Positions 49,249 through 57,862 of a stretch of 64,000 bases of DNA are shown here, piece by piece. Source of the stretch: a virus. The position numbers and the translations under genes are program-made. The notes under the pieces are model-generated. The model saw only the letters and a program-made list of their open reading frames with translations, did not search any database and had not been told where the DNA came from. Numbering within the stretch: position 1 is the first letter of the stretch; the number at the start of each line of letters is the position of its first letter. The DNA lies in IMG/VR virus record IMGVR_UViG_3300021171_000005, positions 29,866 through 93,865 of that record. The stretch is one strand, 5' to 3'.

Positions 49249-49512
49249 TTACAAATCCTTTTTAGTTTTGCCGAGCAGATTGACGTTGATACGCAATCCC
49301 TTCATGATTTGGTCATACAGTTCACATTTCACGACATATGGACGAAGGTCTCGCTCTAAGCGATCATTCCAAATCTTCGCAGCACTCAGAGCACTATTAA
49401 GCGTCTCTTTGGCCTTCCTAGTCTCGTCCAGTTCGGATCGAACGCAATCTAGCTTCTTTCTGAGTTCTTCTTTTTCCTTAAGCAAATCCTCTTTATCTGG
49501 AAACCAACCCAT
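49249..49512 (-). CDS. Coiled-coil hypothetical protein
   Basis: AAGGAG RBS. Confidence 0.55.
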   Translation of the reverse strand: MGWFPDKEDLLKEKEELRKKLDCVRSELDETRKAKETLNSALSAAKIWNDRLERDLRPYVVKCELYDQIMKGLRINVNLLGKTKKDL

Positions 49513-49678
49513 AATTCTCCTTTAATTGTTTACATTAAACTAGTTTCTGAATTGCGGGGGCCGGATATGACTCTCGATAGGCTTTACGCTGAGTAGTTTT
49601 CCATCCGGCCAGAATGTGCCTATCCATCCCCGCAAACCTGTGATTAAATCATGTTCAAAGCATCTAGATTAACTAGGT

Positions 49679-50158
49679 TTACAGTTCATCAATCCAATCA
49701 ATTTTCGTTTCGTGAGCGCAGTAACCTCTGTGCCATATAGCGTTGTTGCAATTGTAGCAGAGAAGCCGGAAATCATCTTTCGGCCATCCTCGTTCTTTTA
49801 GCCATCGGCACATAGCGTTACCATCAAAACCGACGATTGCCCGGTGTTCCGCTCCGTTGTCGTTAGTATGATCAAGTGTCAAAAATTCGTACTCCGTAAC
49901 GTCACATCCGCCGGGACATTGGCACTTGTGACCATACGCATTAAGCATCTCAGAACGTAAACGAATGCTATAAGTCTTAAAACTATTCCTACAATTTTCA
50001 CACTGCGACCGGCCTTCGCGGGGTTTCTTCCCGCAGGCACACAAACCCTGTTCTCGAAACTTACGCGCTCTCTCGCGAGAATATACATTCTGCGGATCGT
50101 TCGATAGTTCCTTACGCTTTAATGGCCTTTTTAATACTTTCTTGGGCCGGTAAACCAT
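49679..50158 (-). CDS. HNH/EndoVII-like nuclease
   Basis: YG.KCQC...LTLDH.N.NG..HR...LLC.NCN. Confidence 0.75.
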   Translation of the reverse strand: MVYRPKKVLKRPLKRKELSNDPQNVYSRERARKFREQGLCACGKKPREGRSQCENCRNSFKTYSIRLRSEMLNAYGHKCQCPGGCDVTEYEFLTLDHTNDNGAEHRAIVGFDGNAMCRWLKERGWPKDDFRLLCYNCNNAIWHRGYCAHETKIDWIDEL

Positions 50159-50200
50159 TCAATCCAATAGTGACAGTCTGAGATGCAAGTCACTTTGAAT

Positions 50201-50229
50201 ATAATACTCAATTAATCCATCAATGTCAA
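50201..50229 (-). promoter_or_regulatory. Sigma70 promoter
   Basis: TTGACA-17-TATTAT; spacer shares ATGGATTAAT with the 45485 promoter. Confidence 0.7.
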
Positions 50230-50847
50230 GGATAAAATACAATAATTACGAGGCGGGGGTTGTCCGGATGTGGACAGGGAACCCCGCAAACCAAGAAGGG
50301 ACTTGTATTCCACAGGAGACACAACGTAACTTATCGGTCATAAATGGTTACTAAAGGACGACAGGCATCATTGGCCGATAGTTACGTATTGACTAAATGG
50401 TAAAATAAAAACACCGGGAGAACAGATGGCGAAACACCTCTAAAAGACTCGCATTACTATAGTAACTTCCGATAACAGGTACTTTGTTATCAGTGACTTA
50501 CGGGCACTGTACTTAGGTAACGTGTGTCTAGACTTTGGTACCTTTGAAGTAAACACGCCTCGCACCCAAAATGGGACCAGTGAGCAAAAGGGGCCAGAAA
50601 GTACTGAACGCCGTGGTTGACTATCTTTATTGGAGCGCTCAGCAGTGCCGGAACACTGACGAGCAGATTCCGATCAAGCTGGCGCTAGCTCTTTGCGGGG
50701 CGATTCGCCGAGGCGACCAACATCCGTTCGAATCGGCTTGCTACAATGCCTTTGGCGGGGCGCTAGAAAATTACACTCGAAAACGTTTAAAGGAGAAATT
50801 CCAACAAGCCTATGAACTCCGCAAATGTATACCTACGACCGTGCCCG

Positions 50848-51060
50848 ATGGGGGACGCGATATGGATACTTCGGCAAGCGAGAGGGTTGTCACAATGCGC
50901 TCTCGGCAAAAAGCTGCGAATGAAGAAAAACGGGGTGAGCAGACTGGAACGCGGGGAGCAGCGCTTAACATTGCGAATGCTCGTAAGGGTTAGCCGGGCG
51001 CTTCAGATTCCACCCCGCGTTTTGATTGAAGTAGCCGAAGCTCGTAAGTATCGAATGTGA
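50848..51060 (+). CDS. XRE/Cro-C1 HTH transcriptional regulator
   Basis: LRQARGLSQ..L.......VSRLERG...L....VSRAL; start may be 50812. Confidence 0.8.
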   Translation: MGDAIWILRQARGLSQCALGKKLRMKKNGVSRLERGEQRLTLRMLVRVSRALQIPPRVLIEVAEARKYRM

Positions 51061-51136
51061 GCAAAATTGAACAGAACAGCGGGCGGTCGGCTGTTGTATT
51101 CTTGTGAGCGAGAGAGGGCAGAGGGAGCTGTTCAGC

Positions 51137-51346
51137 ATGAACAATAACGACACTAGGCAGATTGCTCTGTCGATATTGGAAGGCCTACGCGATGACATTC
51201 TGACAGCGAGAACCCGCGATGGACACCGCATTTTGGACACCGCCGATTTTCGCCAGTACCTCACTGAGCAAATAAACCATATACGCGGCAACTCTCACTC
51301 AGAAGAATACCCAGACTCTTCCCCAGACCAATTAAAACGACCATAG
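51137..51346 (+). CDS. Hypothetical protein
   Basis: GGGAG RBS; ends before the terminator. Confidence 0.4.
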   Translation: MNNNDTRQIALSILEGLRDDILTARTRDGHRILDTADFRQYLTEQINHIRGNSHSEEYPDSSPDQLKRP

Positions 51347-51382
51347 AAAAAAGCCGCCGGAGAGGAGTATTCTTCGGCGGCT
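51347..51382. terminator. Rho-independent terminator between convergent genes
   Basis: AGCCGCCGGAGA/TCTTCGGCGGCT stem with an A6 tract (U-tract on the - strand). Confidence 0.7.
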
Positions 51383-51386
51383 CTGA

Positions 51387-51608
51387 TCATTTATCCTCCA
51401 AAGCTTTTAACCGTCGTTTCCACTTCAAAGCTCCCTTTTTATTCCCGTCTTCTAGCGCCCATTTTAAATGCAATTCACATCGTTCTCGAAGTGCGGTCTT
51501 ACGCTTTTCTGGCGCGATCTGATCAATCCTTATCAAGCCATCCCTGCTGAGATTCGTTCGCTTACCGAACTCAGCCCAATATTTTTCCCATTCTTCTTTC
51601 GTTGCCAT
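51387..51608 (-). CDS. Hypothetical protein
   Basis: MATKEEWEKYW... portion of the listed ORF. Confidence 0.45.
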   Translation of the reverse strand: MATKEEWEKYWAEFGKRTNLSRDGLIRIDQIAPEKRKTALRERCELHLKWALEDGNKKGALKWKRRLKALEDK

Positions 51609-51721
51609 AAGTCTTGCTGAAAAAACCCCCGCCAGAATTCTCCTCTGACGGGGCTCCCTAAGGATCGACAATGCCAATGCCGACCTAAACGGAGAATACC
51701 ATTGGCCGGGTCTCCCAGCAA

Positions 51722-52075
51722 CTAAACAGCTTTTTTCCGAACCTTGGCGGGCAGCCCCGCATAATCTGCCACGCCTATAAGAACATCCCCGATCTGATGC
51801 GCGATATACGAATTGAACATGATCGTCATCTGAACGTGATCCTTCGCCGATATCTGCATCAGTACTAATTCGCTGGAAACTACATCCACGTTTACATACG
51901 CTCCGTCGCCCAGCGACCACGAGTTCATTGGATTGATCATGGCCGGAACCTCGCGGGATATGATTCGTTCGGCGTCCATCACACAGGATATAGCTTTGTC
52001 GATAGCACCAATCTCCATGTATCCCACGACTGCCTGAAGAATGTTACGTAAAGCGTGCGCTTGCGATCTTCTCAT
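51722..52075 (-). CDS. Hypothetical protein
   Basis: GAGG RBS. Confidence 0.5.
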   Translation of the reverse strand: MRRSQAHALRNILQAVVGYMEIGAIDKAISCVMDAERIISREVPAMINPMNSWSLGDGAYVNVDVVSSELVLMQISAKDHVQMTIMFNSYIAHQIGDVLIGVADYAGLPAKVRKKAV

Positions 52076-52090
52076 CTTGCCTCACTAGAT

Positions 52091-52217
52091 GCGGGACCAT
52101 CCCAACGACTCTGAGAGGGGCGCGTCTAGGGGGTACAATCACTCTAGCATCGCGTGCGCACTAGTCGCGTCGCGGTGTTAGGGACTGCCTGACCCCTTGA
52201 CGGTCGGGTGGTCCCGC
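52091..52217 (-). ncRNA. Rod-shaped candidate ncRNA with a central bubble (6S-like shape)
   Basis: GCGGGACCA/TGGTCCCGC closing stem, nested stems with minus-strand wobbles, TACAAT upstream. Confidence 0.5.
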
Positions 52218-52272
52218 TTTTGAATTGTACTACTTTTGGCCTAGTCTGGTATACAGCGGATACCCTAGAGAT

Positions 52273-52698
52273 TTATTGCCTCGTCGCGGAAAAAGCGCCG
52301 TTCCTTGGGCCACATCCAGTGAGATTGCCCGCGCCTAGTTGTACAGTTCCGGACAAAGATTTCTGATCGCTCGATAGCGTTCCCGTAAAACTCTCCGCGC
52401 CATCCCCTGATACAACTTGGAACTGTTGCCCGCTGGTGAAATATCTCCCTGAGACTTGGGAATTAAATTGGCAAGATGGCGGAGTGGATATTGCGGAGCC
52501 CGTGACATTACCCGATCCATCTTCCGACAATACTAGTTTCAAATTACCGGTTACTACGGTGAAATTGAGGCCACCTGAGAATGTCCCAGTCATTGGCATT
52601 CCCGGCGGGGGTGGCGGAGGCGGCGGATTTCCGGAACTGCTCTTGGAATTACCGCACCCCGCAAGAAGCAATAGAAAACAAAAGGGGAGGTATTTCAT
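52273..52698 (-). CDS. Lipoprotein with poly-Pro linker
   Basis: Lipobox LLLAGC; PPPPPPP. Confidence 0.75.
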   Translation of the reverse strand: MKYLPFCFLLLLAGCGNSKSSSGNPPPPPPPPGMPMTGTFSGGLNFTVVTGNLKLVLSEDGSGNVTGSAISTPPSCQFNSQVSGRYFTSGQQFQVVSGDGAESFTGTLSSDQKSLSGTVQLGAGNLTGCGPRNGAFSATRQ

Positions 52699-53045
52699 TA
52701 TCTTGCTCCTGCCGATTTCTTGGGCACTTGTTTCAGCCCCGTAATTGGCGGGACATGCCCCACCGTCACATAATTGGTATCCTCCAATCGAAATGCTTTG
52801 ATCTCGAAGTCATTGAGTTTCAGTCTACGAAAATCCGACTGCAATGTCCGTTTGAAAGTTTGCAAAATCGTCTTCATCCCCGGTTTTGTGGATACAGGAA
52901 ACGAAACCTCAATGACTTCCTCTGGTTTGAGCCCATTACTGACCTTCGCCATTACATCGCGGTATTCCGCAAGTTGTAGTACAGTTGATCGGCGGCCTCG
53001 AATGCTGATGGCCGCATCTTCTTTTGTCGTTATTCTGACAGGCAT
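52698..53045 (-). CDS. Basic hypothetical protein, possibly DNA-binding
   Basis: GGAGG RBS; RGRRS; own promoter TTGACA-18-TAGATT (53069-53098). Confidence 0.55.
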   Translation of the reverse strand: MPVRITTKEDAAISIRGRRSTVLQLAEYRDVMAKVSNGLKPEEVIEVSFPVSTKPGMKTILQTFKRTLQSDFRRLKLNDFEIKAFRLEDTNYVTVGHVPPITGLKQVPKKSAGAR

Positions 53046-53114
53046 TTGTAATTCCTCCAATGCAGAGGAATCTACAATAACCTGACAATATTTGTCAAGT
53101 ACAAAATGAAGATT

Positions 53115-53447
53115 TTATGCGTTTCCAGACACCAGAGTCATAGTTTCTATGGGTACCACGGTAATGAGGATCACTTCTTTATCCTCAAAGATGTGATGCT
53201 CGACAATATAATCGGAGTTCTCTTCTAGTTTATGGAGATACATTTTAAGGACGGCTCTTTGGAAGGGAAGGAGGGGGTCCAAAGTAACCTCGATGATTTC
53301 AAACGGCGCTGCCGCGCCATCTTCTAGAATCTGGTTAAGTTCATGAATCTCAGGAATTGCAAGCAAAGTGGCCGGTACAGATGTACTGCTCATACTGCCT
53401 TCCCTTTCTTTCTCCCCTCTCAAAGGTGAGTGCATACTATCGAACAA
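53115..53447 (-). CDS. Hypothetical protein
   Basis: ORF; start probably at MSSTS. Confidence 0.4.
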   Translation of the reverse strand: MFDSMHSPLRGEKEREGSMSSTSVPATLLAIPEIHELNQILEDGAAAPFEIIEVTLDPLLPFQRAVLKMYLHKLEENSDYIVEHHIFEDKEVILITVVPIETMTLVSGNA

Positions 53448-53655
53448 ACACCCCGCAAGGGTAGGTTGCTTCGGTAATCAAAACGCCGTATTACCTTGCC
53501 GAGTGACGGTAATTTCGGCATGTAAATTGCCGCTTACAACATTTACAATTCTATTTGTCCACATCTGGACAACCCGCCTCGCATTTCCTACAGGAATAAT
53601 CATACAGTTTCGACTGTAGTAGTCAAGTATTATTTTTTCAAAATGAGACGATTTT

Positions 53656-55605
53656 TTAATGGGCATCAGACCAATTACTACCAGTCTTTGATTCTACCAA
53701 TATCGGCACTACGATGCCTTTCGTGACGGAAGTCTCCATGATTCGTTTAAGCTCGGCCAACGCCTCTTGTCCTTCTTTTGTAGGAGATACGGACCCCGCC
53801 AATTCATCATGCACCGTAAGGCTTAATTGCAAGGGCCGTCTTTCTGTAATCACCCCGGATTCCCACGCCTCAACCATCGCAGCCTTAGTCATGTCCGCTG
53901 AAGAACCTTGTGTATAGCGGTTCAGCGCCCGATGTAGCCCTGCGCGTTTAATATCACCGTAAGCTTCCAGCGCTTGTTTGTAAGGAAGTGCGAGTGTTTT
54001 GTAGCTGCCGGTTGCACTAGTTTTTGCTTCCCACAAATCAAATCTAGAGCGGCGGTTTAATACTGTTCTAATATACCCTTGCTTCTCCGCCTTCCTCATT
54101 GCTGCTTGCGATACTTCTTTAACGAAGGGAACATTCGTATGATATTGCTCCAACGTATCGTATGCTTCTTGCGTGGGCTCTCCTTGCTCGTCTACCATGC
54201 CCAATTCATTAGCTAATTTCTTAGCCCCCATGCTGAACGCCAAGCCAAAATTTATGTTTTTTGCTGCTTTGCGGGGCAATCCAGTTAGCTCGACCACCAT
54301 GTTATGAAAATCGACAGTCGCATCTTCCCTATACCTTTTGAGCGCTTCCGCCGCCCCGCTACATTTAGAAAGAACCGCAGCGTTAACGATCAGTCGGAAT
54401 TCTATTTGACTGTAGTCATTCGCAAAGAAGTCCTTACCTTCGTCGGGCAAGAACATGGAGCGCAGTAACGGGCCAAGCTCTGGATCGCGAGCTGGTATTT
54501 GCTGGAGGTTTGGCGTCGTACAACTGAAGCGCCCACTGACTGTACCTTTATTCCCATCCTCGTCGCTAGCCCGCCGTAAGGGATGAAATTGCGCGTGAAC
54601 TCGGCCATTGATGTTGTCTTCCAATATGTAGCTGCAAACAAAGGGATTACGAGCTTTCTCGTATTTGCGGGCTTCAAGAATTAGCTTAAATGCCTGATGC
54701 GTTTGTCGCTTCATCCATTGGTTCGTAAAGGATGGATTGCCTTTAGCCGTCTGCGGAAATGTGAGATTCAGCTTTTCACACATCTTTACGAGGTCGGCGG
54801 ACGCCGCAATATTTACCGGAAATCCGGCCATGTCTGCGAGTTGGGCCAACGCTTTATCTCGTTTTCCTGCGAGGACTCCATCAACCTCTTGTGCTTTATT
54901 TACGTCCACGCGAACACCCCGCATTCTCATGGAATTGAGCAGAGGAGTCAGGCGACATTCCAGATTGTAGAGGTCCAGCAATCCTTGCTCGGCCAGCTTC
55001 GCCTTCTGCTTTTCAAGGATTAGCGGGGGAAGATCAATATCTACTAAAGCGTACTCTGTGGCGTGTGCGGGATGGACTTCAGCGAAATGCTTCATTACAT
55101 CATCGCCATACAGTTCCGTTAGATACGTGCTCTTTTTGCCTCCGCCTAGATGCTTTTGTGCGAGACTTTCCAAGCTGTAGCTCATCGCTAATTCATCCAG
55201 CAATGGCTCCGCCCACTGTACGTCATGGAATTTGGCGCGTGGCGCGTGAATGCCATATTTGTTTAGGAAGAACATATCGAAAAGGTTTGAATTGGCCCCG
55301 ATAAGGTCGCCCTTGAAATCCTTCAGTTCAGTTTTAAGCCAGCGAACTACCTGCTGCTCCTCGCAGTTCATGCCTTGCTGGTGGCGAATCGGCCAATAGT
55401 CTCGCACGCCTGTATTGGTTTTTATTCCTACCCCTACAATGTAATCGCCCCGCAAAACATCGAAACCGGAAGTCTCAAGGTCCAAACTGACCCATTTACA
55501 TTGCGCTAGGGAAGGGAACTCAACAGGCGGGCGATATTCTACGGTCGTATACGTTGGAATGTGCCTGATCTTGAAGTCCGGAAACAGGAGTCCCGTATTA
55601 TCCAT
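53656..55605 (-). CDS. Family A DNA polymerase with 3'-5' exonuclease
   Basis: DLET; SGRFS...PNLQQIP; DYSQIEFR (motif A); R..AK..NFG (B); QGSSAD; VHDEL (C). Confidence 0.95.
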   Translation of the reverse strand: MDNTGLLFPDFKIRHIPTYTTVEYRPPVEFPSLAQCKWVSLDLETSGFDVLRGDYIVGVGIKTNTGVRDYWPIRHQQGMNCEEQQVVRWLKTELKDFKGDLIGANSNLFDMFFLNKYGIHAPRAKFHDVQWAEPLLDELAMSYSLESLAQKHLGGGKKSTYLTELYGDDVMKHFAEVHPAHATEYALVDIDLPPLILEKQKAKLAEQGLLDLYNLECRLTPLLNSMRMRGVRVDVNKAQEVDGVLAGKRDKALAQLADMAGFPVNIAASADLVKMCEKLNLTFPQTAKGNPSFTNQWMKRQTHQAFKLILEARKYEKARNPFVCSYILEDNINGRVHAQFHPLRRASDEDGNKGTVSGRFSCTTPNLQQIPARDPELGPLLRSMFLPDEGKDFFANDYSQIEFRLIVNAAVLSKCSGAAEALKRYREDATVDFHNMVVELTGLPRKAAKNINFGLAFSMGAKKLANELGMVDEQGEPTQEAYDTLEQYHTNVPFVKEVSQAAMRKAEKQGYIRTVLNRRSRFDLWEAKTSATGSYKTLALPYKQALEAYGDIKRAGLHRALNRYTQGSSADMTKAAMVEAWESGVITERRPLQLSLTVHDELAGSVSPTKEGQEALAELKRIMETSVTKGIVVPILVESKTGSNWSDAH

Positions 55606-55895
55606 TATTTGTCCGGATGTGGACTAGATTGCGGGCGTTTCGCTTGCTCCGCTTTGTCGCAGGCATCCGTCCATTCGATCTCCAATCCCGCATCTTCCAG
55701 ATAATACATATGCTCCGCATTGGTATGCCCGCAGGGTAGGATGCTAGCCATCATTTGAGACCAAGACATATTGCACCATTCTTTCACTCGGGCGGCCAGC
55801 TCAATAGCCATAGATTGGGCCACGGGAATGTTCTCAAATCCGTATTCCCGGAGGCAGTATTTTATAATATCGGCTATGGTCGGCGAATTGGCCAT
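55605..55895 (-). CDS. Hypothetical protein
   Basis: TAATG-coupled to the polymerase gene. Confidence 0.5.
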   Translation of the reverse strand: MANSPTIADIIKYCLREYGFENIPVAQSMAIELAARVKEWCNMSWSQMMASILPCGHTNAEHMYYLEDAGLEIEWTDACDKAEQAKRPQSSPHPDK

Positions 55896-56069
55896 TCTAT
55901 ATTGTTTGTCTGACTTAAACTAGTATTTTGCTGTAGCCATCGCCGTAAAGACGCAAAATCCAGCGGCGATGGGATGCTGAAGGTAGAAGAACACCCCCGC
56001 AGCAACTAGAAACATTCCCGGTACCAAAAGTAATCTAAGCTTTTCTTTCATATGGTTTAACTCCGCTGA

Positions 56070-56252
56070 TTAATCTAGTTTCTTGTAACTGTAAAATGTA
56101 ATTGGTTCTCCCGTCGGTTTTGGGAGCGGACGTTTTCGTGTAAACTCCAGTCGCTTTGTCCGAGACATCAACTGGTCATAATGCTCATCGTCCAAGTAGA
56201 TGATGTACTTGGACACAAGATCGAATATGAATTTGCCGATTGCTTTCTTCAT
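56070..56252 (-). CDS. Small hypothetical protein
   Basis: ORF in the small-gene array. Confidence 0.45.
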   Translation of the reverse strand: MKKAIGKFIFDLVSKYIIYLDDEHYDQLMSRTKRLEFTRKRPLPKPTGEPITFYSYKKLD

Positions 56253-56264
56253 TGAGTCTGCCGA

Positions 56265-56450
56265 TTAAACTAGTTTCGCCTCTGCCTCTTTTGCTCGCTT
56301 TGCCCAAGCGAGAATGACTCTGTGCTGCATTGCTTGCGCTTCCTTGACGAAGTAGACGCATCGCTTTGGGTCGCCAACGTACTCAGAGCCTCCCGGTGTC
56401 AGTGATTCAAGTGCTCGCATTGCTTCTTCATACTTGGCTTTGTAGTCCAA
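56265..56450 (-). CDS. Small phage protein (LTPGGSE motif)
   Basis: GGAGGGG RBS; ends in KLV inside the boundary motif. Confidence 0.5.
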   Translation of the reverse strand: MDYKAKYEEAMRALESLTPGGSEYVGDPKRCVYFVKEAQAMQHRVILAWAKRAKEAEAKLV

Positions 56451-56717
56451 TGATCCCCTCCCGACGTACTTAAATCATCTATTGTCTTTCTTGATCTATT
56501 TAGTTCCATTATTGAACTATTCTGACTTAGGCGGTTTATCGCCTAGTCCCTCATTAGGCGGATTTGCGCCTAAGAAAGTCCGTCGTCCCCGATTCCGAAA
56601 CACATACGCAGCGTAGGCTTCTGCGAATGTGTACTTGTCCTGCGGGTCCTGATTCGTCCAGAATTCTGCTTCGAACTCTTTCGCTGTCACAACTTCTCCA
56701 AACCCTGCTAAATCTTC

Positions 56718-56933
56718 TTAGTTAACGTAGTTCGGCCTCGGACCCATCATAACGGCCAGCTTGATTCGTTTGCAGCCAGTACAGATATTATACCGCTTAA
56801 ACAGAATAGAGAATACCTTTTTTACTCGATCAACACTTACCCCGATTGATATTGCAATATCGTCGTTCTCGGCTCCGAGTAGCAGCAAACTGATCACACG
56901 GTTTTCAATATCGCGGGTTCGGATGCGTTTCAT
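56718..56933 (-). CDS. LuxR-type HTH protein
   Basis: E.RVI.LL..G..N.DIA..IGVS...VK.....LF.R. Confidence 0.65.
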   Translation of the reverse strand: MKRIRTRDIENRVISLLLLGAENDDIAISIGVSVDRVKKVFSILFKRYNICTGCKRIKLAVMMGPRPNYVN

Positions 56934-57199
56934 TGTACTAAGCTCTTTTCTTCTTGCGGCGGCTTTTCCAGCTTCAAAACATTCGCCGTCCCGCCAATTG
57001 CGGGGATCAGAGTTGTGAATTCCACCTTAGTGATGATATGCGGTGGTGTTTCGGCACCAGCGGGCTTTCCAGATATGGATAAGCCCTTGGCAATCGCGCC
57101 GTCCTCGACTCGAACAACAACCGCGCAAATGTGATCGGACTTAACTGCTACGAGGTCGCCCGGTTTTAGCTCTGAACCAAGAAGATCAACAATTTTCAT
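56930..57199 (-). CDS. Small SH3-like hypothetical protein
   Basis: DLLG.EL..GD.VA motif. Confidence 0.5.
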   Translation of the reverse strand: MKIVDLLGSELKPGDLVAVKSDHICAVVVRVEDGAIAKGLSISGKPAGAETPPHIITKVEFTTLIPAIGGTANVLKLEKPPQEEKSLVQ

Positions 57200-57203
57200 T
57201 TAA

Positions 57204-57470
57204 TTAAGAACTCTCCATTCGATATGTAAATGCAGCCAACTCGTGCAGGAGGAACGAAATACTTTCATGTGTCAAACTGCATCTATCTGCAATTTTCCAC
57301 GCCCAGTCTAGAATCAATTGTTGTTCTTTCGGCGTAAACTTTCTCGGGATACTGCCATATACGCGGTCGCGCCACTCTTGTGGCAACGCAGATAAAGTAC
57401 ATACGCGATGATGAATACTTCCACAATCAGGACACGGCTCTTCGGGCAGTTCCATTTCGAATGTTGTCAT
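57204..57470 (-). CDS. Hypothetical protein
   Basis: CPDCG...C. Confidence 0.45.
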   Translation of the reverse strand: MTTFEMELPEEPCPDCGSIHHRVCTLSALPQEWRDRVYGSIPRKFTPKEQQLILDWAWKIADRCSLTHESISFLLHELAAFTYRMESS

Positions 57471-57486
57471 TAAGTTATATATTGTT

Positions 57487-57861
57487 CTAACTACTCAAAC
57501 TAGTTTCGAGTTCACTGATTGTCGCTTCCGTGCTGTCCACTTCCGGACAATCGGTAGGTTCGATTGTCGCCACGAATTCTGCGATTTGAGCACGAGTCCA
57601 TTCGTGTTGATCGTTGAGATGATAAATGATATGCAACGCTTTTGATTTATATACGTGGCACGCCGGGCAATTATGCTGCTGCTCGATCCAAGGCCAAATA
57701 TCATAAAGCTTGGAATAAGAAGCTTCAACTGTAACTTGAACACCTACAGTCTGCAATGCTCCTCCAAGCGCACAGGGGGCGTCCTTGGAATACATTGAAT
57801 CCGCCCCGAATCCCTGTGGTTTCATCATTCCGTTCATCAAGATTGCGTGTGACAGTTTCAT
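57487..57861 (-). CDS. Conserved phage protein (DUF6197-like)
   Basis: KLS.AI..G...CALG.A...LND...WTR.QIA. Confidence 0.6.
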   Translation of the reverse strand: MKLSHAILMNGMMKPQGFGADSMYSKDAPCALGGALQTVGVQVTVEASYSKLYDIWPWIEQQHNCPACHVYKSKALHIIYHLNDQHEWTRAQIAEFVATIEPTDCPEVDSTEATISELETSLSS

Positions 57862-57862
57862 G

